Shown: piece after piece, positions 10,089 through 20,600 of the stretch
Position numbering within the stretch: the first letter of the stretch is position 1
Layout of the letters: every line of letters starts with the position of its first letter
Source of the DNA: Patescibacteria group bacterium
GTDB taxonomy: Bacteria; Patescibacteriota; JACPGU01
Length of the DNA stretch: 64,000 nt
Reading direction: 5' to 3'
Assembly (NCBI GenBank): GCA_022703645.1
Contig: JAKLDG010000001.1
Coordinates: forward strand, 733,254-797,253
Position numbers and translations under genes: made by a program
Notes under the pieces: generated by a model
Database searches by the model: none
The model's input: only the letters and a program-made list of their open reading frames with translations
Told to the model about the DNA's origin: nothing

Positions 10089-10850
10089 TTATTTTGAACA
10101 CCATGGAGGCATCATCCAAGGACCTGATGGGGGACAAATTTTAAAAACCCACATAATAATAACAATTAATAAAATTAATACAACAAAACCACCAATAAAA
10201 TATAAAATCATTCTTATAATTTGGATGGGGGCAGATTTTGGTTCATTGTCCTTTGAAATCACTCCAGTCGTTTTTGAAAAACTATTAGAGGCTCGCGCTT
10301 TCAACTTTCTTTCATTTTTTATCTTCTCAACTTCGGAATGTTCTCGTAAAACTTTATAAACTTTAATATCATCTGGAATACCCTTCAAATGACGTACGCC
10401 AATTTCAACTGCAGGAATTTCATTTTTATTCATTGAAAGATAAACTGATTCGGAAAAATAAACTTCGTTTGCTTCCGAGATCGACTCTATTCGAGATGCA
10501 ATATTAACTGCTTCGCCAAAATAATCCTCGCCTTTTATATTGACTTCACCGCTATTAATACCAATTCTAATCTCCATTTTATTTTCATCATCCGTCTTCA
10601 CATTATATTTTATTAACTCTTCTTGAATTTTTACTCCGCATAAAACCGCATCGGTAGGACTATCAAAAACAACCATAAAAGCATCCCCAATTGTTTTAAC
10701 AACATTCCCATGAAATTTCTCAAAAATCGGCCGTACTAATTCTTCTTGCTTATCTAATAATTCCTCAAGCTGTTCTCGAGTATGAATGGATGTACGGCTT
10801 GTAAACCCTTTCATATCCGTAAACATAATTGTTAGATGTTTTGTTTGCAT
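10089..10850 (-). CDS. Class III adenylate/guanylate cyclase with C-terminal TM anchor
   Basis: FTDMKGFTS, VVKTIGDAFMVVF and RIGINSGEV are nucleotidyl cyclase catalytic motifs. C-terminal hydrophobic helix. Confidence 0.8.
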   Translation of the reverse strand: MQTKHLTIMFTDMKGFTSRTSIHTREQLEELLDKQEELVRPIFEKFHGNVVKTIGDAFMVVFDSPTDAVLCGVKIQEELIKYNVKTDDENKMEIRIGINSGEVNIKGEDYFGEAVNIASRIESISEANEVYFSESVYLSMNKNEIPAVEIGVRHLKGIPDDIKVYKVLREHSEVEKIKNERKLKARASNSFSKTTGVISKDNEPKSAPIQIIRMILYFIGGFVVLILLIVIIMWVFKICPPSGPWMMPPWCSK

Positions 10851-10877
10851 ATTGAGATATTCTACTATTAGATTTGG

Positions 10878-10918
10878 ATATTACTACCTATTATACCAGT
10901 AATTTTATAAAAATAAAA
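10878..10918 (-). promoter_or_regulatory. Sigma70-type extended -10 promoter (TGgTATAAT on the minus strand at 10890-10898) upstream of the cyclase gene
   Basis: TGnTATAAT lies about 40 nt upstream of the ATG at 10850. The -35 is weak (TTTTAT). Confidence 0.4.
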
Positions 10919-10924
10919 TAATGT

Positions 10925-11075
10925 ACCAAACTCCGCATACGGGTCTGCAACCCCTTTAACAGGCAATGTTAGGGCTTTTCCTGTGGGTCATTCTGACGGG
11001 GGTGGGTCGGGGTCTTTAACCTGAAAATGAGACAAATGAGACACTATAAAAAGGGGTTGTCTCATTTTGCTTGAC
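10925..11075 (+). ncRNA. Candidate small RNA: ~50% GC island ending in a hairpin (aatgagaca...tgtctcatt) plus U-tract
   Basis: GC content is about 20 points above the surrounding intergenic DNA. There is no ORF. A terminator-like hairpin sits at 11028-11068 with TTTT on the plus strand. Confidence 0.25.
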
Positions 11076-11167
11076 TTACTATATATATTGTAGCATACCT
11101 TGTGGTTTGTCTACTTTTGGTTTCTTAGCCTTTTTGCCCTTCCCTTTAGCCTTATATAAATTCTGTC

Positions 11168-12049
11168 TTAATAAAAGATTATTGAATCTACGGTTGTTCT
11201 AAAGAATGCTCCTGGCTCAAGTTTGTTATCGCAAATACCGAGCATGCTCAAACTTATTTTTTCAGATACAACAACGCAAAAATTTGGAGTATTATCCCCG
11301 CTCGTCGATGTCGTAGTGTAATAAAGGTCAATCCCATTTTGGCTCTTAAGGTACTGATAGCTATTATAATCACCATGATCTTTTGCGGTATCCGACCTTA
11401 TCAGGTCAAACTGATAGGGGGCTGTTAGAAGGTTTAAGTCTATTATTCCCAGTTCTTTGTCGTTGATTCTGTATTGCGTGTTGTCTAAAGTAAGTTCCGC
11501 AGTAACCGGCATTATTAAACTCAGTTTATTCTCAATATTTTTTCTAACCCAACCCTCTTGTGTATTACTTAATTTATCATTGGTATTGGTTTGATTATTA
11601 TCAGTCGAAACTGGATTAGAACCTTTAACAATTATATTTACCGAGAAATTTCCTTTACTAAAGGTGGTTGTACCATTCTTTTGGGCTTCAAGAGCGTGAT
11701 TGATATTAGATGTCCCCGAAAGATCTGCGGAAACCATCTGCAATATGCCTTTGTCATAAATCGGCGTAGCACCATCATTAGGCGAAATTATCTCAATAGT
11801 ATCACCGACATTTATAGTTGTTGTGGAATTATTTTCATCAATAAAGATTAGATTATGGTCGCCTTGGGGAAAAATCTTCTGCTTTTCTGGTGCAGTATTA
11901 GTTTTTTCAATAGAGTTGGCTTGTGGGTTTGTTTTATTAAGCAGAACTCGTTGTTTATAATAATATATTCCACCAATAATAGCTCCAGCCAAAACAATAA
12001 TCGCAAGAACGATGATTAAAATTTTTTTAAAAAGTTTTTTGTTCTTCAT
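11168..12049 (-). CDS. Hypothetical membrane-anchored secreted protein (N-terminal TM, Thr/Asn-rich)
   Basis: N-terminal signal anchor LFKKILIIVLAIIVLAGAIIGGIYYY; no recognisable domain. Confidence 0.5.
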   Translation of the reverse strand: MKNKKLFKKILIIVLAIIVLAGAIIGGIYYYKQRVLLNKTNPQANSIEKTNTAPEKQKIFPQGDHNLIFIDENNSTTTINVGDTIEIISPNDGATPIYDKGILQMVSADLSGTSNINHALEAQKNGTTTFSKGNFSVNIIVKGSNPVSTDNNQTNTNDKLSNTQEGWVRKNIENKLSLIMPVTAELTLDNTQYRINDKELGIIDLNLLTAPYQFDLIRSDTAKDHGDYNSYQYLKSQNGIDLYYTTTSTSGDNTPNFCVVVSEKISLSMLGICDNKLEPGAFFRTTVDSIIFY

Positions 12050-12395
12050 TGTTTTTTCTCCTATTCTTAATTTTTCTTATAACTAAACCAAATAAAATTC
12101 CAATCAACCCCCAAAAAATAATAGTAATTACTGACGCTTTAATGCCGAGCATATAAGTATGTGTTTCTACTAAAAAAGAAATAAAGGCGATAGTCCAACC
12201 AAATATTCCCTCAAAAAGTATTCTCCCAATAAGAGTTCCTTCGGCCGACAAACCTTCCAATTTAGGAAACAAAAAGAAGACAATAAGGGGAATGATAATT
12301 TGAAATAAAAACCCAAATAGATTACCCCATAAGAAATCTTTATGCCAGTTTTTTAGTTTTGGAATATATTTTTCCATTTTTCTTTCTCCATTCAC
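12027..12395 (-). CDS. Small integral membrane protein
   Basis: 122 aa with three hydrophobic segments. Confidence 0.4.
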   Translation of the reverse strand: MNGERKMEKYIPKLKNWHKDFLWGNLFGFLFQIIIPLIVFFLFPKLEGLSAEGTLIGRILFEGIFGWTIAFISFLVETHTYMLGIKASVITIIFWGLIGILFGLVIRKIKNRRKNNEEQKTF

Positions 12396-12906
12396 TTTCT
12401 AATATACTCATTGGAATTATATTGCGATATTTACCATCATAAAAAAATCTTTCTCTAAGCAATCCTTCTTTTACAAATCCGATTTTCTCATAAGCTCTGA
12501 TAGCACGAGGATTGTAATCAAAGACCCCGTTACCAGCTAATCGCACATGATGAAACTTCAATTTTTCAAAACTGTATTTTAGAATGGTGTTTATTGCGTC
12601 ACTCCCATACCCTCTCCCCCAATAATTTTTATCTCCTATTGAAATCCCAAAACTTGCTCCAAGATCTTTTTCTATCGGGAAAAATAATAAACTGCCAATG
12701 TGTGTGCCATCCTTTGTATCAATGGCAAAGCTCATCTCCTCTTTATTTTTCTTTGCTTTTCGTATCCATTCTTTTTCCTCTGCAAGTGTTACACCATGCC
12801 GATTGGCAAATTTATTTACTTCCGGATCCGCCAACCATTTAACAAAGCGAGGGGCATCGCTCATTCGTAGTGGTCTTAAAATTGTTTTTTTGCCTTTTAA
12901 TATCAT
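12340..12906 (-). CDS. GNAT family N-acetyltransferase (RimL/RimJ-like)
   Basis: LRPLRMSDAPRFVKWLADPEV at the N-terminus; acetyl-CoA motif region HHVRLAGNGVFDYNPRAIRAYEKIGF. Confidence 0.75.
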   Translation of the reverse strand: MILKGKKTILRPLRMSDAPRFVKWLADPEVNKFANRHGVTLAEEKEWIRKAKKNKEEMSFAIDTKDGTHIGSLLFFPIEKDLGASFGISIGDKNYWGRGYGSDAINTILKYSFEKLKFHHVRLAGNGVFDYNPRAIRAYEKIGFVKEGLLRERFFYDGKYRNIIPMSILESEWRKKNGKIYSKTKKLA

Positions 12907-13439
12907 AGATTTTCTAATTTATATTCCCACCCCGGTTGCCATTGCCAAGGATCGGTTACGGCCTTTTTGAGGGGGACTTTGTTTATTAAGTATTCCAATC
13001 CATATTGAGTAGCTCTGTGGCCAATAATCATAACTTTTTTGCCATCATAGTTTTTTAATAGGTCTTGTAGAAAACTTTTCATCCTCTCGGCTGTTTGTTC
13101 ATAGCTTTCACCATTAGGAAAAGGAATTGATATTCTGTTACCTCTTTCTACTTCTACCTCTTTACTTGAGTGTTGGGTAAGGTCTCCATAATCACATTCG
13201 TTTAATCTTTTATCTTTAATAATCGGAAATTTATTACCAAAAGCTATTTCTGCTGTTTTATATGATCTTTGTAAATCAGAACAAAAAATAGCATCAAAAC
13301 TTTCGTTCTCATATCGTTTGCCTAACCCTTTTGCTTGTTCAACCCCAAGTTCTGATAATTCAACGTCATACAATCCAGAAGATAGATGTTTTTCATTGTC
13401 GATTGTTGTTCCGTGGGATTCAAAAGTTATAGTTACCAT
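12903..13439 (-). CDS. Histidine phosphatase family protein (phosphoglycerate mutase-like)
   Basis: RHG-like N-terminus (FESHGTT), LSELGVEQAKGLG and IFCSDLQRSYKTAEIA. Confidence 0.75.
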   Translation of the reverse strand: MVTITFESHGTTIDNEKHLSSGLYDVELSELGVEQAKGLGKRYENESFDAIFCSDLQRSYKTAEIAFGNKFPIIKDKRLNECDYGDLTQHSSKEVEVERGNRISIPFPNGESYEQTAERMKSFLQDLLKNYDGKKVMIIGHRATQYGLEYLINKVPLKKAVTDPWQWQPGWEYKLENL

Positions 13440-13455
13440 AATTAATTTGTTAGTT

Positions 13456-14382
13456 TTAAATACTTTCTAATACCTCTTTTACAAGAGGTATTATCTGTTT
13501 GCGCATGAGAATACCTTCTTGCTTAGCAACTCCATTATCAAATCTAACATTTAATGCAATTTCTAAAACTTTTTGCATATCCTCATCAACAGCAAAAAAC
13601 TCATTATATGCGTCAACTAAATCTATAAAAGTTATAAAAACCAAATCTAATGATTCTGATTTTTTTATTTCCTCAAGAGCCTTCTTCAACAACTCCATAT
13701 TTTTTTGAACAAAATCATCAACTCCTACTATTTCTAACTGGGCGATACCAATTGTTTTTCCGTTGAAAGTAAACTTGGCCAAATCATCGATCATGATATC
13801 CTCTAGTGGTCGATCAAATGATGATTTGGCGATAAACATATCGCGAATGAAATTATCTGAAAGTTCAAATTTAGTTTTGAGCCAATCAGCCATTTTGCAA
13901 TCTCTGTCAGTGGTTACTTTAGACTGGAAATTTACGGTGCTAGAAACAATTGCCAAAAAAAGAAGGGTAGCTGACTCTTTAGAAGTATTTAGTCCACTAT
14001 TGTAAAATCTTTCCGCCACTAGAGTTGCGGCTGAACCAACTAATTCAATTTGTATTTTTGCATTGGCAAACTCTGATGCATCGTTTATCTTGCGATGATC
14101 AATAATTTCAATCACTTTTTCAGGATTTATTTTGTTTGATAGTTCATTTAAGTTGCTAGTATCAACAAGGATTATATTGTCTGATTGCTCAATTATGTTT
14201 TCAACGTCATCAAGGGCTGGAATATTAAAAGCATTCGTTACAAATTGAGCTTCTATTTGAGGTATACCAAAAATAGTCGCGGTAGCATCTTTGTTTTCGG
14301 ATCGCAATAATTCAGAATAAGCAAATGCACAAGCAACACCATCCAGGTCGGGGTTTTTGTAAGAAGTTATTATAGTTCTCAT
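13456..14382 (-). CDS. DHH-family phosphoesterase, family II inorganic pyrophosphatase (PpaC)-like
   Basis: Collinear with PpaC: YKNPDLDGVACAFAYSELL, IILVDTSN, IEIIDHRKI and a C-terminal DHHA2-like region. His9 to Tyr and DHH to DHR substitutions. Confidence 0.6.
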   Translation of the reverse strand: MRTIITSYKNPDLDGVACAFAYSELLRSENKDATATIFGIPQIEAQFVTNAFNIPALDDVENIIEQSDNIILVDTSNLNELSNKINPEKVIEIIDHRKINDASEFANAKIQIELVGSAATLVAERFYNSGLNTSKESATLLFLAIVSSTVNFQSKVTTDRDCKMADWLKTKFELSDNFIRDMFIAKSSFDRPLEDIMIDDLAKFTFNGKTIGIAQLEIVGVDDFVQKNMELLKKALEEIKKSESLDLVFITFIDLVDAYNEFFAVDEDMQKVLEIALNVRFDNGVAKQEGILMRKQIIPLVKEVLESI

Positions 14383-14392
14383 TCTTTAAAAA

Positions 14393-15340
14393 TTAAATCT
14401 TTATTTCTCTATTATATATCTTTCCAGAAATTTTATCTAATTTTTTTATTAGAGATATAGCAAAGCTCGGCAAAAAGCTTTTAAAAATCATCAATGAAAA
14501 AATTACATATATTATAGTCAGAAAGTTGTTTGAAAAAATAACCTTTAATAAATGAGGTCTATAATTTAAGAAATAAAAAACAACAAAAACAATGAGGTGG
14601 ATGAAACTATATGAGAATATTGGGACTGGCTCGGTCTTTAATCCAAAGAATTCTACCTCGCTATCTGCAATCTTCATTTGGCTTAATGACTCTTCTGTTT
14701 GACCAAACTTATTTGCAGGATTTTTCTTAAAGGCTTCCTCAAGATATCTTGAAATACGACCATATGGAATTTTCCTGCCAGAAATCAATAAAAGTATCAA
14801 AACTAATAAATTCGCAATCTGCTCAATTAAATATGAGATGAGATTTTTCCATGCTACTTTTGCTCTCAGATACATTCCTCTCCATGTTTTAGTTGGTTTA
14901 ATATGGAGAGAATATATCTCATTTATTATATCGCTACCAGATGCAATCTTGCCTTTTTTATAGAATATATTAGTTTTTAAATCATAAAAATAATCATCTC
15001 TTGATATTAAGTCTATCGGTTTAAATTTCTTCCTCTTTATATATCTGTCATCAATAATATATGTACTATTGTCTTCTCCTACTAGATCAAAGGAAGCTCT
15101 GACCCTTAATGGTACTTTATCACTCTCTAGCCCTACCTTATCATCAGGAAGAATAATATGAATAAGCGTTGTATATTTCTTGCCCTCTAAAATCTTGATT
15201 TTTCTCAGTATCTTTTCATCACAATCTTTTCTAGCACTAAAGCCTATCTTTGTATCATTAAGAAAAACTGGATTGATAAATCCATTGCTTTCTAGCTCAA
15301 AAGAATCTCTAAATTTTTTCCTGATTGCTTCAATGTCCAT
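14393..15340 (-). CDS. Hypothetical protein with C-terminal TM helices
   Basis: 315 aa with no recognisable motifs; hydrophobic C-terminal third. Confidence 0.45.
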   Translation of the reverse strand: MDIEAIRKKFRDSFELESNGFINPVFLNDTKIGFSARKDCDEKILRKIKILEGKKYTTLIHIILPDDKVGLESDKVPLRVRASFDLVGEDNSTYIIDDRYIKRKKFKPIDLISRDDYFYDLKTNIFYKKGKIASGSDIINEIYSLHIKPTKTWRGMYLRAKVAWKNLISYLIEQIANLLVLILLLISGRKIPYGRISRYLEEAFKKNPANKFGQTEESLSQMKIADSEVEFFGLKTEPVPIFSYSFIHLIVFVVFYFLNYRPHLLKVIFSNNFLTIIYVIFSLMIFKSFLPSFAISLIKKLDKISGKIYNREIKI

Positions 15341-15350
15341 AATTATAATT

Positions 15351-16409
15351 TCATTTTATCTGCTTATTAACTAATTTAATAAGATCTTCTTCTCTCTCAT
15401 ATCCCTTAAGTCTCCCTGATAAAATACCAAGCCTATAATTCACACCTTCACTCATTAACTGCCAGTTGGTATTTAAAAGAGTTTTCTTGATCAATTTTTC
15501 TAAGTCCTTTCTACTATTATACTCCTCTCGACCGCTTTTTTCATCCTGAATGGTAAATGAGACTATAACCGTATCGATAATTTCTGTATTTATAAATTTC
15601 AGCTTGTTGTAATTTTCTTTTTTTAATTTCTTGTTTAAAAGGTTTTCGAGGTCGGAAACTTTGAGTTTTTGAAGTTTTGCAACTGCATCGTAGATATGTT
15701 TATTCTTTTCTTTTTCTTTCATCTCTTCTATATCCTTACTAACCGTTGCCATATCCTGTTTGAACTTTATATACTTCCATCCTTCCTCATCGCTAAGACA
15801 ATATTTTTCTTTGTCTTGTAAGTAATCTGAATCCTTCTTATCCGTGTCTTTGTTTTTAATATGAACTGATTCTTTTCTATCACCACAATCAGGACAGCTA
15901 TAAATTGTTTTCATCTTTATTTTGGAATCTTTAAATTCTACATTTAATATTCCTCCGCATTTTTTACAATAATCACTTTTTGCTTCAAATTCTTTGCCAT
16001 CTTCCCAAAAAGCTCTTCGTTTATCACACTTAGGACATTGATAGAAAAATAATACTAAATCGATATCAGCTTTTTCTCGGCTAGACAAATATTTCCTGCC
16101 ATCTTGATCCATTTCGTTTTGGCAAAATAAACAAGGAATTGGGGATGGGGCTTCAGTATCTCTCAATTTATCATCTTTTGCTTTATCCGATTCCATCCAT
16201 TCTGCAATCACAGATTCTTTTCTTACATATCGTTCACCAGTTGTGAAATAGATCCATAGTTTCCAAACATACTTGTGAGCTGAGGCTTTTTCACCAGTAT
16301 ATTCTTTTACCTCTTTTGCAAAATTCTTTTCAATTCTTCTGCATTGCTCAACAGTATGCTCATCATAGAGATCGCTATAGTATATTTTTGGTTTGAGGTA
16401 GGTGATCAT
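15351..16409 (-). CDS. Hypothetical zinc-ribbon protein with coiled-coil C-terminus
   Basis: Multiple CxxC pairs (CLFCQN, CPKCDK, CKKCGG, CPDCGD); Lys/Glu-rich C-terminus. Confidence 0.5.
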   Translation of the reverse strand: MITYLKPKIYYSDLYDEHTVEQCRRIEKNFAKEVKEYTGEKASAHKYVWKLWIYFTTGERYVRKESVIAEWMESDKAKDDKLRDTEAPSPIPCLFCQNEMDQDGRKYLSSREKADIDLVLFFYQCPKCDKRRAFWEDGKEFEAKSDYCKKCGGILNVEFKDSKIKMKTIYSCPDCGDRKESVHIKNKDTDKKDSDYLQDKEKYCLSDEEGWKYIKFKQDMATVSKDIEEMKEKEKNKHIYDAVAKLQKLKVSDLENLLNKKLKKENYNKLKFINTEIIDTVIVSFTIQDEKSGREEYNSRKDLEKLIKKTLLNTNWQLMSEGVNYRLGILSGRLKGYEREEDLIKLVNKQIK

Positions 16410-16420
16410 TTATAAAGAAT

Positions 16421-17083
16421 TTATTTTTTCAATTGTTTTTTATTTTTAAAATAAAGGATTGCTATTGATAGCCACTGTGTTGGCTTTAGACTCCACTTGA
16501 GAAAACTCAAAATAAAAGATAGCGCTAAAACAATCAAGATTGTCCAATTGTTATCAAGGTAATTTAAATGTAATTTACCTATTAAAAATAATACTATTGT
16601 AAAAAATAATGAATTATAAAAAAGAAACAAAACCACTTCACCAACATAGCTAAGTTCTAAATCAGGTTTTTTCTTTTGAACTTGTTCTCTGGCATAATTA
16701 AAATATATTGAAGCATCATTTTTTTCTAATGCCTCTACAGCTTTATCTATACCATTTTTAGACTCTCCTTCGAATGTTTTTTCTGCTCTTATTAGTCGTG
16801 CTTCAGCATCATCAATATATTCTTTTATATATGAAGAAATAAAAATTATAGAAAAAATAGAAAAGGAGAAAGATAGAATAGAAAATTTATTTATACCAAC
16901 GATGTCTAACAGATACGCTATGCTTAAAAAAGCAATTATTATTCCAGCTAAACTTTTAAGAAAATCTAAATGTGACAATGTCGTTTGGTTAACATAATTC
17001 GCCACAAATAAAGAGAAATCATCCTTTGCCTTAAGTAAATCATTTATAGAATTTTCAATTACCTTTCTTTCTTCGTTATTCAT
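16421..17083 (-). CDS. Hypothetical 4-TM membrane protein
   Basis: 220 aa; four hydrophobic helices arranged in two pairs. Confidence 0.45.
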   Translation of the reverse strand: MNNEERKVIENSINDLLKAKDDFSLFVANYVNQTTLSHLDFLKSLAGIIIAFLSIAYLLDIVGINKFSILSFSFSIFSIIFISSYIKEYIDDAEARLIRAEKTFEGESKNGIDKAVEALEKNDASIYFNYAREQVQKKKPDLELSYVGEVVLFLFYNSLFFTIVLFLIGKLHLNYLDNNWTILIVLALSFILSFLKWSLKPTQWLSIAILYFKNKKQLKK

Positions 17084-17109
17084 AATCAGCTTTACTAAGT
17101 TTAATATTA

Positions 17110-17652
17110 TTAACCATTATTGAATCCTATTTTCCCTCTTTCGTCATTAAACTCTATAATCCAAATGACTGCTCGCCCCTTTTTCATCTCAATATAAAAA
17201 GAGTCTATTTTACTTGTTGGTTTAACAATAGGTTGATAAGTAAGTATTTGGCACAATTGATGAAAAAAAGCATACCAGTTATTCTGATCAGAAACTAGTC
17301 TCACCGATACACCATGATCCTTGAAAAGCCCTACCATTTCCCTACCTAGCTCATCTAGCCCAATGAAATTAAGATGTTCGTTTTTATCGATAGCAAGTTC
17401 GGTCTCATTTTTTACTACACTACTATCAATTCGCTCCATAATATCCCGAATATTTTTTGGCTGTTTATTATTCTGCGGATGCAAAACCCAATTACAATAA
17501 AACCACAGGGTATTATATATTTGTTGCTTGCTTTCTGATTCTATTAACTTCCTAATTTCTGCCATCAAATATACTACCTCACACTCTTCCTTAAATGGCA
17601 GGTGTGTATCTATAAAACTTACTAATTTTTCAATAATCTCATTTGTTGCCAT
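17110..17652 (-). CDS. Hypothetical cytosolic protein, 8 nt downstream of the STAND NTPase
   Basis: 180 aa; no recognisable motifs. Confidence 0.45.
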   Translation of the reverse strand: MATNEIIEKLVSFIDTHLPFKEECEVVYLMAEIRKLIESESKQQIYNTLWFYCNWVLHPQNNKQPKNIRDIMERIDSSVVKNETELAIDKNEHLNFIGLDELGREMVGLFKDHGVSVRLVSDQNNWYAFFHQLCQILTYQPIVKPTSKIDSFYIEMKKGRAVIWIIEFNDERGKIGFNNG

Positions 17653-17660
17653 ATTCTTTT

Positions 17661-20600
17661 TTATAAAACATTCTCCCTTAACATATAACCAATAACTGAA
17701 CCCTTGTTAATTAGGAAATCTAAAAGTACCAAAACATTTTGCTTTAAATCCATTGTTTTCTTTATTTTCTCACGATTTTTATAAACGTATTTTTTGACAA
17801 GATTTTCTAAGTAATAAATTGTATTTACTTCAAATTTTGCCTTTGATAGATTATCGTTATTTTTTAGCATACCAGAAAGCCAAGATATTCCATCGTCTAG
17901 GTAGGGGCTTCCAATATCATTTAGCAATTTTGATATTGCATATAGAGCAGACGAACAGTGACCAAGTTTTTCCGTAATTTCCTTGAAGAAGGCTTTGTTC
18001 TCATCTTTAAGTGTGTGCCACTCAACAACCGACTCTTTCCAAGGATTTTGAGCAAAAAGATAACTTTTTACAACTTTACTAACATACCGATGTCCATCAC
18101 CTTTTTTGCACATATCGATTATTTTTTCTTTAAAAATACCCCAAACTTCCCAAAAATTTTCATAAGAGTTTAAACAATCCTCGGCAGATATAAATTCTTC
18201 GAACAAATCAGCAATTGCTTCTGAACTGTTAAATTTATCAACAAATGGCTTTAGGTATTCCGAAATTTCTTTTTTAGGTGAACTTAAAATAAAATAAGCT
18301 AATTTCTTCAAAAAATCGTGTTTAACTTTATAATCAACTCTATCTTCTCTGTTATTTGAAATAATTTTTTCAGCAAAAGCAGAGATAATCTTTTTAACTA
18401 TTGTTTTATGTTCCTCGCGTTCTGTCTTAAGTGGAATTAGCTGAAAGGCAGTTTTTAATGTATATAGATCTATACTCTCAACGTCTTTTATGTCGCTTAT
18501 CAATAATTGATCGTCTAAAATCTTGTCTAAATCAGCATTACTATCTCTCAAAAATTTCTTCATTATGCCACTGTCTCGTATGTTATATTTGTGCTTTCTG
18601 TAATTTTCTTGGCGGGTTTTTTCTTGTAGTGCGTCAAATTTAGGTTTTAATAATAAATAACCAATTAGAATTGATTGTGCATCCTCAAAAGAAATATCCC
18701 ATAGTTTTTGAATGGCAATAATTGCAAAAGTGTTAAAACCAGTGCCAGCGATATCAATTGGATAGTAATTAAATAGATTAAATATCAACATCTCCTTAAT
18801 ATCTCTTTTTTTATCCGGATGTTTTTCTAGTAAAATTGGCAGTACTGAAATTGCTGATTGTACCCCGTCAGTTGCTCGATATTGATAATTTGGGTCAGAA
18901 GATACAGAGGCCACTTCTATAACCATGCTCGCGCAAAGATCTATTTCTTTTTCTGTGAACTTATCCCAAAAGTCCTTTATCAGTACGGAACAAACCTCTA
19001 CTGGAATAGAATGATTAAGAAGATAAAAACCTTCTTCTTCTGAGTGTTGGGGTTTAAAAGACTCTAGTTTTTTAGATGTTTTTAATTTTGCAATGATTTC
19101 TTTAGCTTCTTTAAGTGCGAGCTTCGGATTATCTTCGTATTGTTTATACTGCTTATAATTTTCATCATTCCTAATTCTGTAATTTACCCATAATTTCAGC
19201 TGAGCGTACTTCATTGGCTCAGAACTTTTTTCTAGTGATTTCTCACTGTATTCTTTTAGCTTCGGATCAATTTTAGGATTAAAACTAATTAAGTACCCAT
19301 CCTCGTTTTTTTCTGAAGCAATATTCATCTTTCTTCTATCCATTCTTGCAAGAAAAAGCCTCCATGTTTTATCAGACTCTGTTTCCACTGATGAATCTGG
19401 TAGTTTTTTATAGTAGTCATCCAATATTTTCCATAATACCTTTTGTCTATTTTTTAAATCTTCTTCATCTATACCTTCACTTCTAAATAATTGGTAATTC
19501 AAGAACAAATTTTCTAAAGACAATTTTCTGTGTTTATCGTCGCAGGCTTGTATTCTTTCTGCTTCATGAAATTCGTTTTTTGAGTTACCGCCACCAAATG
19601 CTTTCAACGATTGAAGCATACCTTTGTGTCCTTGATCTAAAACCAATCTACCTGTATCGCAAAAGAAGAAATCTTTTGTTTTGAAAAGAATTTTAGCGAT
19701 ATTAAAAGTTTTTTCAGGATATGCCAACACGACGCTTGTTACAACTGCCGAGATAGAGGTAGACCTTGAATTTTTAATAAGATGAAACAGCCAGATCTCT
19801 AATGTTTTTGAATCAGCAGCCTTTCCATTTTCAAGGAAAAATTTTTCTAATGCCATATGCATAGATTGCAAAACATATGGCGCTGGTGCCGATGATCCTC
19901 TATACATATTCCAAAGTCTTCCATTTCTGCTGTCGTATTGTTTTATTGTTTTATCTTTTTCAATAAATACCTCAACTTCTTCAACTTCATATTTAGCGAA
20001 TTCAGTTTTAGCAAAGTAATCTACCGATTTATTCGTGAATTTTAAAATAAAGTCTACTGTTTCTTGAAGCGAAGATTGTAGAAGCCAATAAATGGGAGTT
20101 TGATATGAGCTAGCAGGAAAATAATCTAAATGCTCATCTTCCATGTCAAAATGTTCTTCCATACCTATTCCAGGGCGGCTATAGTAACGATCTTCTTTCG
20201 GAGTAAATGACCAAAACAAATCAGCCAGTTGCAATACATACTTGGGAAGAGTTTTGGCAACGGCTACACCTTCAAGCTTCGTTAAAATCATTTCAGACAA
20301 ATCATAGTATGGATCTCTGTGGTTCTTCCACTTATTCTTTACAATTTCTTTAAAAATTTCTTCTAGCTCATTTTTAATTTCAAGGGCGCTATAAAGAGTT
20401 GTCTGCAATAAGTTGTTTTTTGTACCATCGTCAGAAATAAAAATATTTTCTTTTATAGTCCATTGATAGTACTTTAATGCAATTAAACCAGAATATTTTG
20501 TAGTTTCTCCCTCCTTAAATTTACTAGTCCAATCATGAATTATTGGCAAAATGAAATGGATGTTTTGATTACCTAACTTATCAAAATTCTCAAAAACAAA

